Of a DNA stretch of 64,000 nt, positions 10,291 through 21,222 are shown piece by piece. Source of the stretch: Alphaproteobacteria bacterium (GTDB taxonomy: Bacteria > Pseudomonadota > Alphaproteobacteria > JAAXGF01); the NCBI GenBank assembly GCA_963555825.3, contig CAUVXB020000002.1, positions 1,088,001 through 1,152,000 of the forward strand, given 5' to 3'. Below the pieces are notes generated by a model. It was not told the DNA's origin and did no database searches. It worked only from the letters and a program-made list of their open reading frames with translations. The translations under genes were made by a program, and so were the position numbers. Position 1 is the stretch's first letter. Every line of letters starts with the position of its first letter.

Positions 10291-10463
10291 TAGCGCATAA
10301 TCCGATCGATCGGACTCGGTTGGATTATGCCAGCCCGCGCCAGTCTTGATTCCGACAAGAGGAGGGCCGTCGACCGTTCGACCAGTCCTTGTGGAATAAA
10401 GATTGGCATGCGCGGCGACTGAGTGCCGGTCACCTTCACGCAGTGAAGGTGACCGCACCAAAA
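10291..10463 (+). repeat. Dispersed structured repeat, copy A
   Basis: Core CGACCGTTCG...GGCATGCGCGGCGA..GAG...GGTCACC-loop-GGTGACCGCACCAA shared with four other loci. Confidence 0.85.
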
Positions 10464-10467
10464 GGCG

Positions 10468-11295
10468 CTAGCGGTCGCGCGGCTGGGTGACGTAGGCGCC
10501 GAGACGGTCGATCAGCGCGTCGTAGACGCCTTGCGCCGCGGCGACCACCGAGAGCCGGCGCGGCGACGCCGCGTTGTAGGCGAACGGGACGCCCGCCGAA
10601 TCACTCATCCGGCCACCCGCTTCACGCACCAGAAGGTCGCCGGCGACGATGTCCCACTCGCTCTTGGGCCACATCGTCGCGGTCGCGTCGAAGCGGCCGG
10701 CGGCGACCAGCGCCAGCTTGTAGGCCATCGAGCTGATCGGCGTCATGGCGCATTCGCCGAGCTCCTGCGGCCAGTCGGCGCGGCGCAGCTCGCTGCGGCT
10801 CATCAGCAGGCGCGCGCCGTCGAGGCCGTCGGCGTCGCTCGCCGTCACCCGCTCGCCGTTGAGCCGCGTGCCGCCGCCCGAAACGGCGTCGAACATCTCG
10901 TCGGTCGCCGGGTTGTAGACGGCCGCCGACACCGGCTGGCCGTCGACCGTCAGCGCCACCGCGATGGAGAATTCCTTGCGCCCGTCGAGGAAGGCGCGCG
11001 TGCCGTCGATCGGGTCGACGATCCAGACGCATTCGGCATCGAGCCGGGCGTCGGTGTCTTCGGTTTCCTCCGACAGCCAACCGTAGTCGGGCCGCGCGTC
11101 GCCGAGCCGCGCGAGCAGCAACCGGTTGACCGCGATGTCGGCCTCGGACACCGGGTCGCCCGGGCGCTTCTCCCAGTTCTCGGCGTCGTTTCGGAAGTAG
11201 TGCATGGCGAGCGGCCCGCATTCGCGCACCGCGTCGACCAGAATGCCGTGATCGTCGGCCAGCGTGCCGGCCAGCGCGGGCTCAGGCCCGCTCAC
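10468..11295 (-). CDS. cysQ: 3'(2'),5'-bisphosphate nucleotidase / inositol monophosphatase family
   Basis: LSEE, WIVDPIDGT, WDIVAG; lies downstream of pmbA. Confidence 0.8.
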   Translation of the reverse strand: MSGPEPALAGTLADDHGILVDAVRECGPLAMHYFRNDAENWEKRPGDPVSEADIAVNRLLLARLGDARPDYGWLSEETEDTDARLDAECVWIVDPIDGTRAFLDGRKEFSIAVALTVDGQPVSAAVYNPATDEMFDAVSGGGTRLNGERVTASDADGLDGARLLMSRSELRRADWPQELGECAMTPISSMAYKLALVAAGRFDATATMWPKSEWDIVAGDLLVREAGGRMSDSAGVPFAYNAASPRRLSVVAAAQGVYDALIDRLGAYVTQPRDR

Positions 11296-12647
11296 GTACC
11301 GGCCACGGTCATGCCGTCGATGCGAACCGTCGGCGCGTTTACGCCGTAGCGGAAGACCAGATCGTCGGCCGGCGTCAGATGGCGGAACATCTCGGCCAGA
11401 TTACCCGCCACGGTGACTTCGCTGACCGGATGCGTCCGCTGGCCGTTCTCGATCCAGAAGCCCGCGGCGCCCCGGCTATAATCGCCGGTCACCGCGTTGA
11501 CGCCGAAGCCGATCAGCTCGGTGACGTAGAAACCCTGGTCGATATCGGCGATCAAACCGTCGGGCGACAGCGTGCCGGGCGCCAGATATAGATTGGTCGA
11601 TTGCGGCGACGGCGGCGACGATGTGCCGCGCGCGGCGTGGCCCGTCGTGGCGAGGCCGAGCTGTCGCCCCGAGCGCGAATCGAGCAGCCAGCTGGTCAAC
11701 ACGCCGCCGTCGATGACATCGCGCGCCGCGGTCGCGACGCCCTCGCCGTCGAACGGCTTGGAGCGCAGGCCGCGCGGCCGGCGCGCATCGTCGGTGATGG
11801 TGACGCCGTCGGCGAACACCGCCTCGCCCATGCGGTCCTTGAGGAAACTCGTGCCGCGCGCGATCGCCGGGCCGCCGATCGCCGAGGCGAGGTGGCCCAA
11901 CAGGCCGCGCGAGACACGTGGATCGTAGACAACCGGCACCGTGCCCGACGGCGCCTTGCGCGGGCCGAGCCGGGCGACCGCGCGCTCGCCGGCGCTGCGA
12001 CCGATCGCGGCCGCATCGGCGAGGTCGGCGGCGAAACGCGCGCTCGCGTGATCGTGGTCGCGCTCCATCGCGGTGCCTTCGCCGACGATGACGCTCGCGC
12101 CGATGCTGAACTGCGTGACGCCGTAGCCGCCTCCGAAGCCGTCCGAGGTCACCAGCGCGACGCGCGCGCGGCTCCAGCTCGCCTCGGCGCCCTCCGAATT
12201 GGTCACGCCGGCGACGGCGCGGGCGGCGTCCTCGGCCGCCGCGGCCTGTGCGACCAGCGCCTCGGGCGTCGGCTCGGCGTCGTCGGCGAGGTCGAGGTCG
12301 GGGACGTCGGCGGCGAGCAGTGCCCGGTCGGCGAGGCCGCAAAAAGGATCCTCGGGCACCGCGCCGGCCATCGCCATGGCGCGCTCGATCAGACCGGCGA
12401 GCGCATCGGCCGAGACGTCGGTCGACGACACCACGGCCTGGCGGCGGCCACGGAAGACGCGCAGGCCGAGATCCTGGGATTCGGCGCGCTCGATGCCCTC
12501 CGACACGCCGAGGCGCTGGGCGACGCTGAGGCTGGCGCTTTCGAACATCACCGCGTCGGCGGCATCGGCGCCAGCTCGGACGGCGCGGCGCACGAGATCG
12601 TCGAGCCGCTCGCGCGGCTCGATCGACGGGGAGATGTCTTGCGGCAT
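11292..12647 (-). CDS. pmbA: TldE/PmbA metalloprotease family
   Basis: GTSFL, PFDGEG, TGDYSRGAAGFWIENG. Confidence 0.9.
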   Translation of the reverse strand: MPQDISPSIEPRERLDDLVRRAVRAGADAADAVMFESASLSVAQRLGVSEGIERAESQDLGLRVFRGRRQAVVSSTDVSADALAGLIERAMAMAGAVPEDPFCGLADRALLAADVPDLDLADDAEPTPEALVAQAAAAEDAARAVAGVTNSEGAEASWSRARVALVTSDGFGGGYGVTQFSIGASVIVGEGTAMERDHDHASARFAADLADAAAIGRSAGERAVARLGPRKAPSGTVPVVYDPRVSRGLLGHLASAIGGPAIARGTSFLKDRMGEAVFADGVTITDDARRPRGLRSKPFDGEGVATAARDVIDGGVLTSWLLDSRSGRQLGLATTGHAARGTSSPPSPQSTNLYLAPGTLSPDGLIADIDQGFYVTELIGFGVNAVTGDYSRGAAGFWIENGQRTHPVSEVTVAGNLAEMFRHLTPADDLVFRYGVNAPTVRIDGMTVAGT

Positions 12648-12741
12648 GGACCGGGAACCTCGGTGCAAAATCGGTGGCGGCAACCTTCGCCGCCCAAGGC
12701 TATATAGGCCGCGACGCCATGGGACGCCAGCTTCGGGTGAC

Positions 12742-12886
12742 TAACGCACGGTCCGATCGTTCGGAACCGGTCGGTTTACTTCAGCCCGCGACTGCGGCCC
12801 GCCGACCGTTCGGCGAGTCCTTGTGGGATAAAGAGTGGCATGCGCGGCGATTGAGCGCAGGTCACCTTTAGGTGACCGCACCAATG
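12742..12886 (+). repeat. Dispersed structured repeat, copy B
   Basis: Same core as copy A with the first optional stem shortened. Confidence 0.85.
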
Positions 12887-12887
12887 T

Positions 12888-13799
12888 CTAAGGAACGTCG
12901 AAGTCGCCTTCGCTGACCATCACCGAGGCGCCGCCCACGCGTATTTCGACGACCTGACCATCCCGCTTGTCGGCCTCGACCTCGATGATGCTCGGGCGGC
13001 CCATCGCGAAGCCCTGCTCGACGGTCCAGGCGAGCCGGGCGTCGCCACGTGGGTCGCGCAGCGCCAGATAGCCGCCCAACGCGGTGGCCGCGGCGCCGGT
13101 CGCCGGGTCCTCGGGGATGCCCCACAAGGGCGCGAACATGCGCGCCGAGATGTCCGAGCCGGGGCGCTCGCCGCCCATCGCGAAGACGAACAGCAACGAG
13201 CTGACGTAATCGGCGAAGGCGGCGTGCCAGCGCCCGGTGTCGACCACGATGCGCCCCAACGCGGCCACCTCTTGCAGCGGCACGAACAGGAAGGGCATTC
13301 CGCAGCTCACCACCTGGACCGCCATGTCACCGGCGCCCAGATCGGCCGCTTCGAGGCCCAACGCGGCGGCGATGACGTCGTCGGCCGGCGGCGGCGGGCC
13401 GACCTCGGGCGGCTGGGCGGCGGTCAACTGGGCGAAGACCGGCGCGCCGCCCTCGGCCCGGATTGTCACCGGCACCGGCCCGACGCCTTCTTCGAAGACG
13501 ATGCGCGTTTCCTCACCGCTTAGCGCGACCTCGCCGATCGCCGCCAGGACATGCGCCGTGCCGACCGTCGGGTGGCCGGCGAAGGGCACCTCGCCCACCG
13601 GCGTGAAGATGCGCAAGCGCCGGGTATGCGCGGCATCCTCGGGCGGCAGCACGAACACCGTGTCCGACAGGTTGAACTCGCGCGCGATCCGCTGCATCTG
13701 CCCATCGTCGAGCCCCCGGCCATCGGGGAACACGGCCAGAGGATTGCCGCCGAAGACGCTGTCGGTAAACACGTCGCAGGTATGAAAGTGGTATTTCAT
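12888..13799 (-). CDS. PhzF-family isomerase
   Basis: DVFT..FGGNPLAV, FAGHPTVG, EDPATG. Confidence 0.9.
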   Translation of the reverse strand: MKYHFHTCDVFTDSVFGGNPLAVFPDGRGLDDGQMQRIAREFNLSDTVFVLPPEDAAHTRRLRIFTPVGEVPFAGHPTVGTAHVLAAIGEVALSGEETRIVFEEGVGPVPVTIRAEGGAPVFAQLTAAQPPEVGPPPPADDVIAAALGLEAADLGAGDMAVQVVSCGMPFLFVPLQEVAALGRIVVDTGRWHAAFADYVSSLLFVFAMGGERPGSDISARMFAPLWGIPEDPATGAAATALGGYLALRDPRGDARLAWTVEQGFAMGRPSIIEVEADKRDGQVVEIRVGGASVMVSEGDFDVP

Positions 13800-13886
13800 G
13801 GCGGAGCTCCCAGGACGACCGGGTCAGGCGCTGAGCATAGCGCGCGCCGCCGGCCGCGACACCCCCCGGCCACGCATGGCAGCCGG

Positions 13887-14099
13887 TCACTCCCAGATCG
13901 GCTTACCGCTCCCCGGCAACCCATAGGCCGGCCATTTCTCGGTCACGGTGCGGACGATGCCTTCCGAAGCGCCGAAGCGCTGGGCGACCGAGAGGTTGGC
14001 GCTTTCGAACAACACCGCGTCGGCGGCGTCGAGGCCCGCCGCGACGGCGTGGCGCACGAGATCGTCAAGCAGGGCGAGGGGATCGAAGGGCTGGGGCAT
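13887..14099 (-). pseudogene. In-frame chimera of a pmbA 5' fragment and a ubiD 3' fragment (70 aa)
   Basis: LDDLVRHAVAAGLDAADAVLFESANLSVAQR matches the PmbA N-terminus; [22 protein letters not shown] matches the UbiD C-terminus. Confidence 0.85.
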
Positions 14100-14409
14100 C
14101 AGAAGACCGCTGGAACTGTGAATGTCGCCCGCCGTATATAAGAGAGTCTGCACCGATCAGCAACCAACCAATGCGGATTACGCTATTCCTTGTCTCGGGA
14201 TCGAAATCTTTGTGAAGCGACTCTTTCGCGAAGGTATCGCGGAAGGCTCTCGCGAATCTCCGGCGGCATGGCATCAAGAACCTTGGCACTCAAAGGCCGA
14301 GTGCGTTTCTCCTCGGGCAAATACTCTTGAGAAAGAATCAACCTGAAGTCATCAAGTCTCTTGGACAGCGAATCGATTCTCTCAAAGATTGAAGTGAGTT
14401 CCCGCTCTA

Positions 14410-15581
14410 GTGTCCCGATTCCGAAGTTCGCATGATTTTCGCCTGCTGTTCAGCGATTTCGATTGTTCGGAGGCAGGGCTGGATGGCGCTCGGATGTCAT
14501 CGGCGGATTTGGTCCATTTGAAGGGTTTGGGGTTCTGGTTTGCGTGTCGATGTAGTCGAGGATGGTGCGCTCCAACTCCTTGGTGGAGCGATGGACGCCG
14601 CGCCTGATCTGCTTGTCGGTCAGCAGCCCGAACCCGCTCGACCTGGTTCAGCCAGGAGGCGCTGGTGGGTGTGAAATGGGCCTGCCAGCGCGGCCGTTTG
14701 GCGAACCAGTCGCGGATCGCCTTGGTCTTGTGGGTCCCGTAGTTGTCCATGACGATGTGGATGTCGAGATCAGCAGGGACGTTCGCCTCGACGAGGTCGA
14801 GGAATTTGCGGAACTCTCGGGCCCGATGGCGCGGGAAACATTTGCCGATGATCTCTCCCGTGGCGATGTCGAGGGCCGCGAAGAGAGAGGTCGTGCCGTG
14901 GCGCTTGTAGTCGTGGCTGCGCCGCTCCGCCTGCCCGGGGCGCATCGGCAAGAGGGGCTGGGAACGGTCCAGGGCCTGGATCTGGCTCTTTTCGTCGACA
15001 CAGAGAACCAGGGCACGATCCGGCGGCGCCAAATACAGACCGACGATGTCGCGGACCTTCTCCACGAAGAAGGGATCGCTCGACAGCTTGAAGGTCTCCG
15101 AGCGATGCGGCTGCAAGCCGAAGGCCCGCCAGATGCGATGAATGGTCGAGGGCGCGTGGCCGCTCGCCCGCGCCATCGAGCGAAGGCTCCAATGGGTCGC
15201 GTCCGGCGGCGTCTCTTCCAGCGTCAGCCGGACCGCTTCCGCGATGGCGTCATCGCCGATTTGACGCGGCGCGCCGGGGCGGGGTTCGTCGTACAGACCG
15301 TCGAGGCCCTCCGCCGCATAGCGGCGACGCCACTTGCCCACGGTGTCCGCGCTCGCCTCGAGACGAACGGCGATCTCCTTGTTCTCCAACCCTTCCGCCG
15401 CCGCCAAGACGATCCGAGCCCGCCGCGCAAGCCCCTGCGACGTCTTGCGACGACGAGACAGCGCCTCCAATTCGGCGCGCTCGTCATCGCTCAAAGAGAT
15501 CGTCACCGCCACTCTCGCCATCAATCGCGCCTCCTAAAAACAAATAGAGACATAATCATATCAATTTATCGATCAGGACAC
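14410..15581 (-). mobile_element. IS630-family element (single-ORF type), copy 1, frameshifted near the transposase 3' end
   Basis: Ends GTGTCC...GGACAC with duplicated TA in CTAG; same element as 45487-46665 but about 7 bp shorter. Confidence 0.9.
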
Positions 15582-16383
15582 TAGCGTCGCTGAAGAGAGT
15601 TTCCCTCCTTTGAAATAGTTCTATTGTTGAGTCTTTGACAGACCCAGAAGCCAATAAAACTGTCCAGCAAATTTCTTTGAGCTCATTCTGGTCAAGTATC
15701 GCAAATTCACCGGTATGAAACTCCCTGATCTTATCAACGACCCGAACACCGATTTTCCCTCCTTTCTCAACATAGATACCTTCATCAAAATCTCCATCTA
15801 TAACGATGGGGTCACCTTCTTCTTGCTCGATAATTATTTCCATACCACGCCACTTAACGACCATCAGGTCATCGACTCCAATATCTTTCGAAGACACGAC
15901 ACCCAACCTGTGGGTGTAACAATTTCGTAACCTCACTAGAGATTGGATGTGATCTGAAAAATCGCACGATACATCGTAGCCAACACGCAATTCGTCAAGC
16001 TGTCTGGCAATCCCGTTGTAATCGAACTGATCCTTGAACTTTGGAAGATCAGCAGCAGCAAATTTTCCGGAAACAACATCCAGAATCAAACACACCCGAT
16101 ATATTTCTGACAAGAATACAGAAAACGTCTCTACAAGTTCTCGCAAGCCGTTCGACGTAACCCAGACGGCAAAATTATCTTTAAATTCATCAATATTGGC
16201 GTCAGTAACCTCTTCCGGCATTAGCTTGAGATTCATTCGGCTCTCCAAATGAAACTCTCGAAAATCTGGTCGCCTCGCTGCATTGAGTCCTAAACCGAGA
16301 AATACGTAGGTTCTTCGAACCCCACGCAACGCTATCTCGTGGATACGATCCATATTTATATGAATTTTGTGTTTATCGGTCAT
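15556..16383 (-). CDS. Low-GC hypothetical protein with HEPN-type RxxxxH motif; native last codons displaced by IS630
   Basis: LRNCYTHRLG; removing the IS gives the C-terminus ..[12 protein letters not shown] ending at 14382. Confidence 0.65.
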   Translation of the reverse strand: MTDKHKIHINMDRIHEIALRGVRRTYVFLGLGLNAARRPDFREFHLESRMNLKLMPEEVTDANIDEFKDNFAVWVTSNGLRELVETFSVFLSEIYRVCLILDVVSGKFAAADLPKFKDQFDYNGIARQLDELRVGYDVSCDFSDHIQSLVRLRNCYTHRLGVVSSKDIGVDDLMVVKWRGMEIIIEQEEGDPIVIDGDFDEGIYVEKGGKIGVRVVDKIREFHTGEFAILDQNELKEICWTVLLASGSVKDSTIELFQRRETLFSDASVLIDKLI

Positions 16384-16392
16384 GTACGGCCA

Positions 16393-17901
16393 TCACTCCC
16401 ACACCGGCTTGCCGCTCCCCGGCAGCCCCAGCCTTGGCCATTTTTCTGTCACCGTCCGCACCACCTCGTCGTCCATGCGGATTAGGCGGCCCCACTCGCG
16501 CTTGGTCTCGGGCGGCCATTTGGTGGTCGCGTCGAGGCCGATCTTTGAGCCCAGGCCGGCGACCGGGCTGGCGAAGTCGAGGTAGTCGATCGGCGTGTTC
16601 CGGATGATCGTGATGTCGCGCGCCGGGTCCATGCGAGTCGAGACCGCCCACATGACGTCGGCCCACGAGCGCGCGTCGATGTCGTCGTCCACCACGATGA
16701 CCCATTTGGTGTAGACGAACTGGCGCAGGAACGACCAGACGCCCATCATGACGCGCTTGGCGTGGCCGGCGTAGGCCTTCTTCATCGAGACCACGGCGAT
16801 GCGGTACGAGCAGCCCTCGGGCGGCAGCCAGAAATCGACGATCTCGGGGAACTGCTGGACCAAGAGCGGCACGAAGACCTCGTTGAGCGCCTCGCCCAAG
16901 ACCGAGGGCTCGTCGGGCGGCCGGCCGGTGTAGGTCGACAGATAGATCGGTGAGCGGCGCCGGGTGATCGCCGAGACGGTGAACACCGGGAACGGCTCGA
17001 CCGCGTTGTAATAGCCGGTGTGGTCGCCGAACGGGCCCTCGTCGGCGTAATCGCTCAGCGAGACATGGCCCTCGAGCACGATCTCGGCGGTGGCCGGCAC
17101 CTTGAGCGGCACCGTCTTGCAGCCGACCAGCTCGACCTTCTTGCCGCGCAGCAGGCCGGCGAACTGGTACTCCGACAGCGTGTCGGGCACAGGCGTCACG
17201 GCGGCGATGATGGTGCCCGGGTCGGCGCCGATGACGGCCGCCGCGGGCAGCGGCTCGCGCTTCGCTTGGCCCCAGCGGGCATGGTGCTGGGCGCCGCCGC
17301 GGTGCTTTAGCCAGCGCATCAGCGTGGTGTCGCGCCCGGTCACCTGCATGCGGTAGATACCGAGATTGTAATTGTCTTCGGGGCGCGTGCCGGGACCCTT
17401 GGTGACGACCAGCGGCCAGGTGATGAGGGGTGCGATGTCGCCCGGCCAGCAGGTCTGCACGGGCAGCGCGCCCAAGTCGATGTCGGCGCCTTCGAGCACG
17501 ACCTCCTGGCACGGCGCGGCGCCCACCGTCTTTGGCTTCATCGCCATCACGGTCCTGACCATCGGCAGCATGCCGACCGCCTCGCGCCAGCCGCCGGGCG
17601 GCTCGGGCTGCTTGAGGAAGGCGAGCGTCTCGCCGACGCCGCGCAGTTCGTGCGCCTCGCGGTCCATGCCCCAGGCGACGCGCTCGACGGTGCCGAACAG
17701 GTTGACCAGCACGGGCATGTCGTAGGCCGTGCCGTCGTCGCGCCGAACGTTCTCGAACAGCACGGCGGGGCCGCCTTCGGCGATCAGCCGGGTCTGGATC
17801 TCGGTCATCTCGAGCGCCGGCGAGACCGGCTCGGCGATGCGCACCAGCCGGCCCTCGCGCTCGAGCCGTTCGATGAAATCGCGCAAGCTGGCGTAGGGCA
17901 T
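16393..17901 (-). CDS. ubiD: UbiD-family decarboxylase
   Basis: [34 protein letters not shown]. Confidence 0.95.
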   Translation of the reverse strand: MPYASLRDFIERLEREGRLVRIAEPVSPALEMTEIQTRLIAEGGPAVLFENVRRDDGTAYDMPVLVNLFGTVERVAWGMDREAHELRGVGETLAFLKQPEPPGGWREAVGMLPMVRTVMAMKPKTVGAAPCQEVVLEGADIDLGALPVQTCWPGDIAPLITWPLVVTKGPGTRPEDNYNLGIYRMQVTGRDTTLMRWLKHRGGAQHHARWGQAKREPLPAAAVIGADPGTIIAAVTPVPDTLSEYQFAGLLRGKKVELVGCKTVPLKVPATAEIVLEGHVSLSDYADEGPFGDHTGYYNAVEPFPVFTVSAITRRRSPIYLSTYTGRPPDEPSVLGEALNEVFVPLLVQQFPEIVDFWLPPEGCSYRIAVVSMKKAYAGHAKRVMMGVWSFLRQFVYTKWVIVVDDDIDARSWADVMWAVSTRMDPARDITIIRNTPIDYLDFASPVAGLGSKIGLDATTKWPPETKREWGRLIRMDDEVVRTVTEKWPRLGLPGSGKPVWE

Positions 17902-17941
17902 CGGCTAAACCGGATTCACGGCGCCGCGCGCGGATCGAGTG

Positions 17942-18403
17942 TCACGCGCCGGACGACGCGACCGGCGCGACCTTGAGGACGACGCTGTCGACACCGATCA
18001 CCGTGACCCGCGTGCCGGCCGGCATGTCGTCGCCCTCGACCTTCCAGGTCGTGTCGTCGACGCGGATCTTGCCCTGACCGTTGACGATCGGCTCGTCGAG
18101 CGTGAGCGTGCGGCCGACGTATTGCTCGCCGCGGCGGTTGAGCGACGGCTGGTCGGTCGCCGCCGGGTTGGCCCTCTGGAAGACCCGCCAGCCGACGATC
18201 GCCGAGATCGAAAGGGCGGCGAAGACGAGCATCTGAATCTGCCATGTCATCTCGGGCAGCACCAGCAGCAGGGCCCCGACGACGCCGGCCGAGACGCCGA
18301 GCCACAGGAAGATGGCGCCCGGCGCGAAGACCTCGATGACGACGAAGACGATGGCGGCTGCCCACCAGTGCCAGAAGACGATTTCCTCGATCACCGGAAT
18401 CAT
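17942..18403 (-). CDS. NfeD-family membrane protein (YbbJ-like)
   Basis: TM N-terminus, [10 protein letters not shown], adjacent to an SPFH gene. Confidence 0.9.
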   Translation of the reverse strand: MIPVIEEIVFWHWWAAAIVFVVIEVFAPGAIFLWLGVSAGVVGALLLVLPEMTWQIQMLVFAALSISAIVGWRVFQRANPAATDQPSLNRRGEQYVGRTLTLDEPIVNGQGKIRVDDTTWKVEGDDMPAGTRVTVIGVDSVVLKVAPVASSGA

Positions 18404-19329
18404 GCGCGGTCCTTGCCGAAGGTCTCCCGCGCGATCTCGGCGATACCGGCGATCGAGCCGATCACGCTGGACGCCTCGAGCGGCAGCAGCAGGATCTTCT
18501 GGTTATCCGATTCGGCGAAGGCGCTCAGCGTCTCGATGTATTTCTGGGCGACGAAATAGTTGATCGCCTGGACGTTGCCGCTGCCGATCGCTTCCGAGAC
18601 CATGGTCGTCGCCCTGGCCTCGGCCTCGGCCTCGCGCTCGCGCGCCTCGGCGTCGCGGAAGGCGGCCTCGCGGCGGCCCTCGGCATCGAGGATGGCGGCC
18701 TGCTTCTCGCCCTCGGCCTTGAGGATCTCGGCCTGTCGGAAGCCCTCGGCTTCGAGAATGTTGGCGCGCTTCTCGCGCTCGGCCTTCATCTGCCGCGCCA
18801 TGGCTTCGACCAGGTCGCGCGGCGGCGCGATGTCCTTGATCTCGATGCGCGTCACCTTGACGCCCCAGGGCGTCGTCGCGTCGTCGACCACGGTGAGCAG
18901 CTGGGCGTTGATGGCATCGCGCTGCGACAGCAGCTGGTCGAGGTCCATCGAGCCCATCACCGTCCGGATGTTGGTCATCGTCAGGTTGATGATGGCGTTC
19001 TCCAGGTTGTTGACCTCGTAGGCCGACTTGGCGGCGTCGAGCACCTGGAAGAAGACGATGCCGTCGACCGCGACCATGGCGTTGTCGCGCGTGATGACCT
19101 CCTGGGTCGGCACTTCGAGCACGGTCTCCATCATGTTCAACTTGGCGCCGATCTGGTCGACGACCGGCGTGATCAGGTGCAGACCGGGGCGCAGCGTGCG
19201 CGTGTAGCGGCCGAAGCGTTCGATCGTGTACTCATAGCCCTGCGGCACCGTCTTGACGCCGGCGAAGACGATCACCACGGCGAAGATCAGCGCGGCGACG
19301 ACGAAGATCGAGAAAGCGGTGAATTCCAT
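18400..19329 (-). CDS. SPFH/band-7 stomatin-like protein (QmcA-like)
   Basis: [28 protein letters not shown]. Confidence 0.92.
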   Translation of the reverse strand: MEFTAFSIFVVAALIFAVVIVFAGVKTVPQGYEYTIERFGRYTRTLRPGLHLITPVVDQIGAKLNMMETVLEVPTQEVITRDNAMVAVDGIVFFQVLDAAKSAYEVNNLENAIINLTMTNIRTVMGSMDLDQLLSQRDAINAQLLTVVDDATTPWGVKVTRIEIKDIAPPRDLVEAMARQMKAEREKRANILEAEGFRQAEILKAEGEKQAAILDAEGRREAAFRDAEAREREAEAEARATTMVSEAIGSGNVQAINYFVAQKYIETLSAFAESDNQKILLLPLEASSVIGSIAGIAEIARETFGKDRA

Positions 19330-19462
19330 GATGCGTCCCTCCGATTTGGGCATCTGCCCGGACAGCTTGCCCTATTGTGCACAGCATCGACGCCGCGCCG
19401 TCAAGGACGCGCGTCGCGCACCCGGCGACAGCGCGCGGAGCGCGTGCTAGCTTTCCCGGCCG

Positions 19463-20293
19463 ATGACCGAGGATACGCAAATCGAAAAGCTCGCCCGCGC
19501 CACCGGCTACCCCTTTCCGGCGCCGCCGCACTCGTATCTCTTCGTCAACGGGGTGGCGCACGAGATCGTCGAGCCGGGCCGCGATCCGGTACACGACGGG
19601 CGGCTGCGCGACGGCGATGCGGTGGTGCCGGCGGCCGAGCTGCTGCGCCGCCTCGATATCGTGGGCGCCGCCGGGCTCGACGACCGGGTGCCGGTCATCG
19701 CGCACGGCTCGAACGCCTCGCCCGAGCAGCTCTGGCGCAAGTTCGGCCATATCGAGGGCGGCGTGGTGATCCCGGTGATCAAGGCGTGGCTCGCCGACCA
19801 CGACGTCGTCTACGCGACCCATTTCACGCGCTACGGCGCGATACCGGCGACGCTGGAGCGCTCGCCGGGCACCTCGGTCGAGCTCGCCGTGACCTTCCTC
19901 TCGGCGCCGCAGCTGGCGCTCATGCACGACACCGAGATCGCCGCCGTCAACTACGTCTATGGCCGGCTCGACCGTATCGCCCTCGCGCTCGACGGGCTCG
20001 GCGAGCGGGACGCGGCGTTCGTCTACCTCACGCTGCACGGCGCGTTGGCGCCCGGCGGCGCGCCGCTGGCGTTGGCGGCGCGCGCCGCGCGCGACCGCGC
20101 GTTCGAGCCGCGCACCATGCGCGCCATGCTCGGCTTCGCGCGCGACGAAGTGGCGCCCGGCATGGCGCTCGACGACTTCATCCTCGAGACCGTCGCCGAC
20201 GACGACTTGCGCAGCCAGCGCACGCAACGGCTGCGCGAGCGCCACGCCCGCGCCCCCGACTTCGCCGCCTTCGAGGTGCTCGCCGAGGGCTAG
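19463..20293 (+). CDS. Hypothetical protein, possibly gamma-glutamylcyclotransferase-like fold
   Basis: Host-like codon usage; VIAHGSNASP motif. Confidence 0.6.
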   Translation: MTEDTQIEKLARATGYPFPAPPHSYLFVNGVAHEIVEPGRDPVHDGRLRDGDAVVPAAELLRRLDIVGAAGLDDRVPVIAHGSNASPEQLWRKFGHIEGGVVIPVIKAWLADHDVVYATHFTRYGAIPATLERSPGTSVELAVTFLSAPQLALMHDTEIAAVNYVYGRLDRIALALDGLGERDAAFVYLTLHGALAPGGAPLALAARAARDRAFEPRTMRAMLGFARDEVAPGMALDDFILETVADDDLRSQRTQRLRERHARAPDFAAFEVLAEG

Positions 20294-20327
20294 GGCCTGG
20301 TTGGATCCATGACGATCGGTCGGTGCT

Positions 20328-21119
20328 CTAGTCGGTCAACTGAATCGCATCGCCCCGACGGACCACGCCTTCGCGAACGACCGCACCGTAAATCCCGGCC
20401 AACCCGCCGTGACCCCTTGCGACCTTCCGCAGCACCCGGGGATCGGCTTCGGCGGTGTCCGGGTCGAGCGTGATCATCTTGCAGCGCGGATCGCGCGCGA
20501 CGACGGTGAGCCGCACGTCGGAACCGATAGCGAGAGTTCGGCCGACGAGCCCGTCTTCGTCGAAACCCTCGCCAGACTCGAGGTTCATATAGACGTTCGC
20601 CCTGAAACGCCGGGGATCGAGCGCGGCGCTGATCTCGTCGCCAAGCTGGTCGACGGTTTGCGTGGCGATGAGCGAAACCGGGCGGCAGTCGGTCAAGGCG
20701 CGATCCGATCTCAAGAGGCTGACCTCGTGGGCGTCGTCGAGACCGTGGCGAAGCGCGGCGATCAGCGCGGGATCATCGATCGCCAGGACCTCTCCCGACG
20801 GCGTTTCGACATCGACGGCGAGATTGTCCGGATCGTCGAAGCAGGCGTTCAATCCAGGCGCCTCGTGTGCCGCTTCGGCCCAGTTGACCGGCTTCGCGGC
20901 GAGGTCCGGCTTGCGGAACCTAGGCTCGAACAGCAGCAACCGGGCCTGCTCGCGCCCGGTCAGATAAGGGAACACCTTCGCGCAAGCCGTGCTCTTGAAG
21001 GCGTAGATGCGGTCGCCGTAGATGCCGGAGAAACTCACATAGGCCTCGGCCAGCGCCTCGCCGCGCATGCTCTTGACCGGATAGCGCCACAGGCCGTCGA
21101 CCTTGCCGATCGTGCTCAT
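20328..21119 (-). CDS. MOSC-domain protein
   Basis: LWRYPVKSM, RRFRAN, RCKMITLD. Confidence 0.9.
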   Translation of the reverse strand: MSTIGKVDGLWRYPVKSMRGEALAEAYVSFSGIYGDRIYAFKSTACAKVFPYLTGREQARLLLFEPRFRKPDLAAKPVNWAEAAHEAPGLNACFDDPDNLAVDVETPSGEVLAIDDPALIAALRHGLDDAHEVSLLRSDRALTDCRPVSLIATQTVDQLGDEISAALDPRRFRANVYMNLESGEGFDEDGLVGRTLAIGSDVRLTVVARDPRCKMITLDPDTAEADPRVLRKVARGHGGLAGIYGAVVREGVVRRGDAIQLTD

Positions 21120-21222
21120 ATCCGCTGCTAACCCCTCACCTCGATGCCGCTGCGCGATGAGTATAGCGAACGTCGGTCCCAAAGACAGATTGCGATCAAT
21201 GGTGGCGTTCAACGAATGTAGG

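Noticed and set aside
10291-10463. Structured repeat as an integron attC site, tRNA or hammerhead ribozyme
   Set aside because: No RYYYAAC/GTTRRRY cores, no T-loop/CCA cloverleaf and no CUGAUGA/GAAA core seen.
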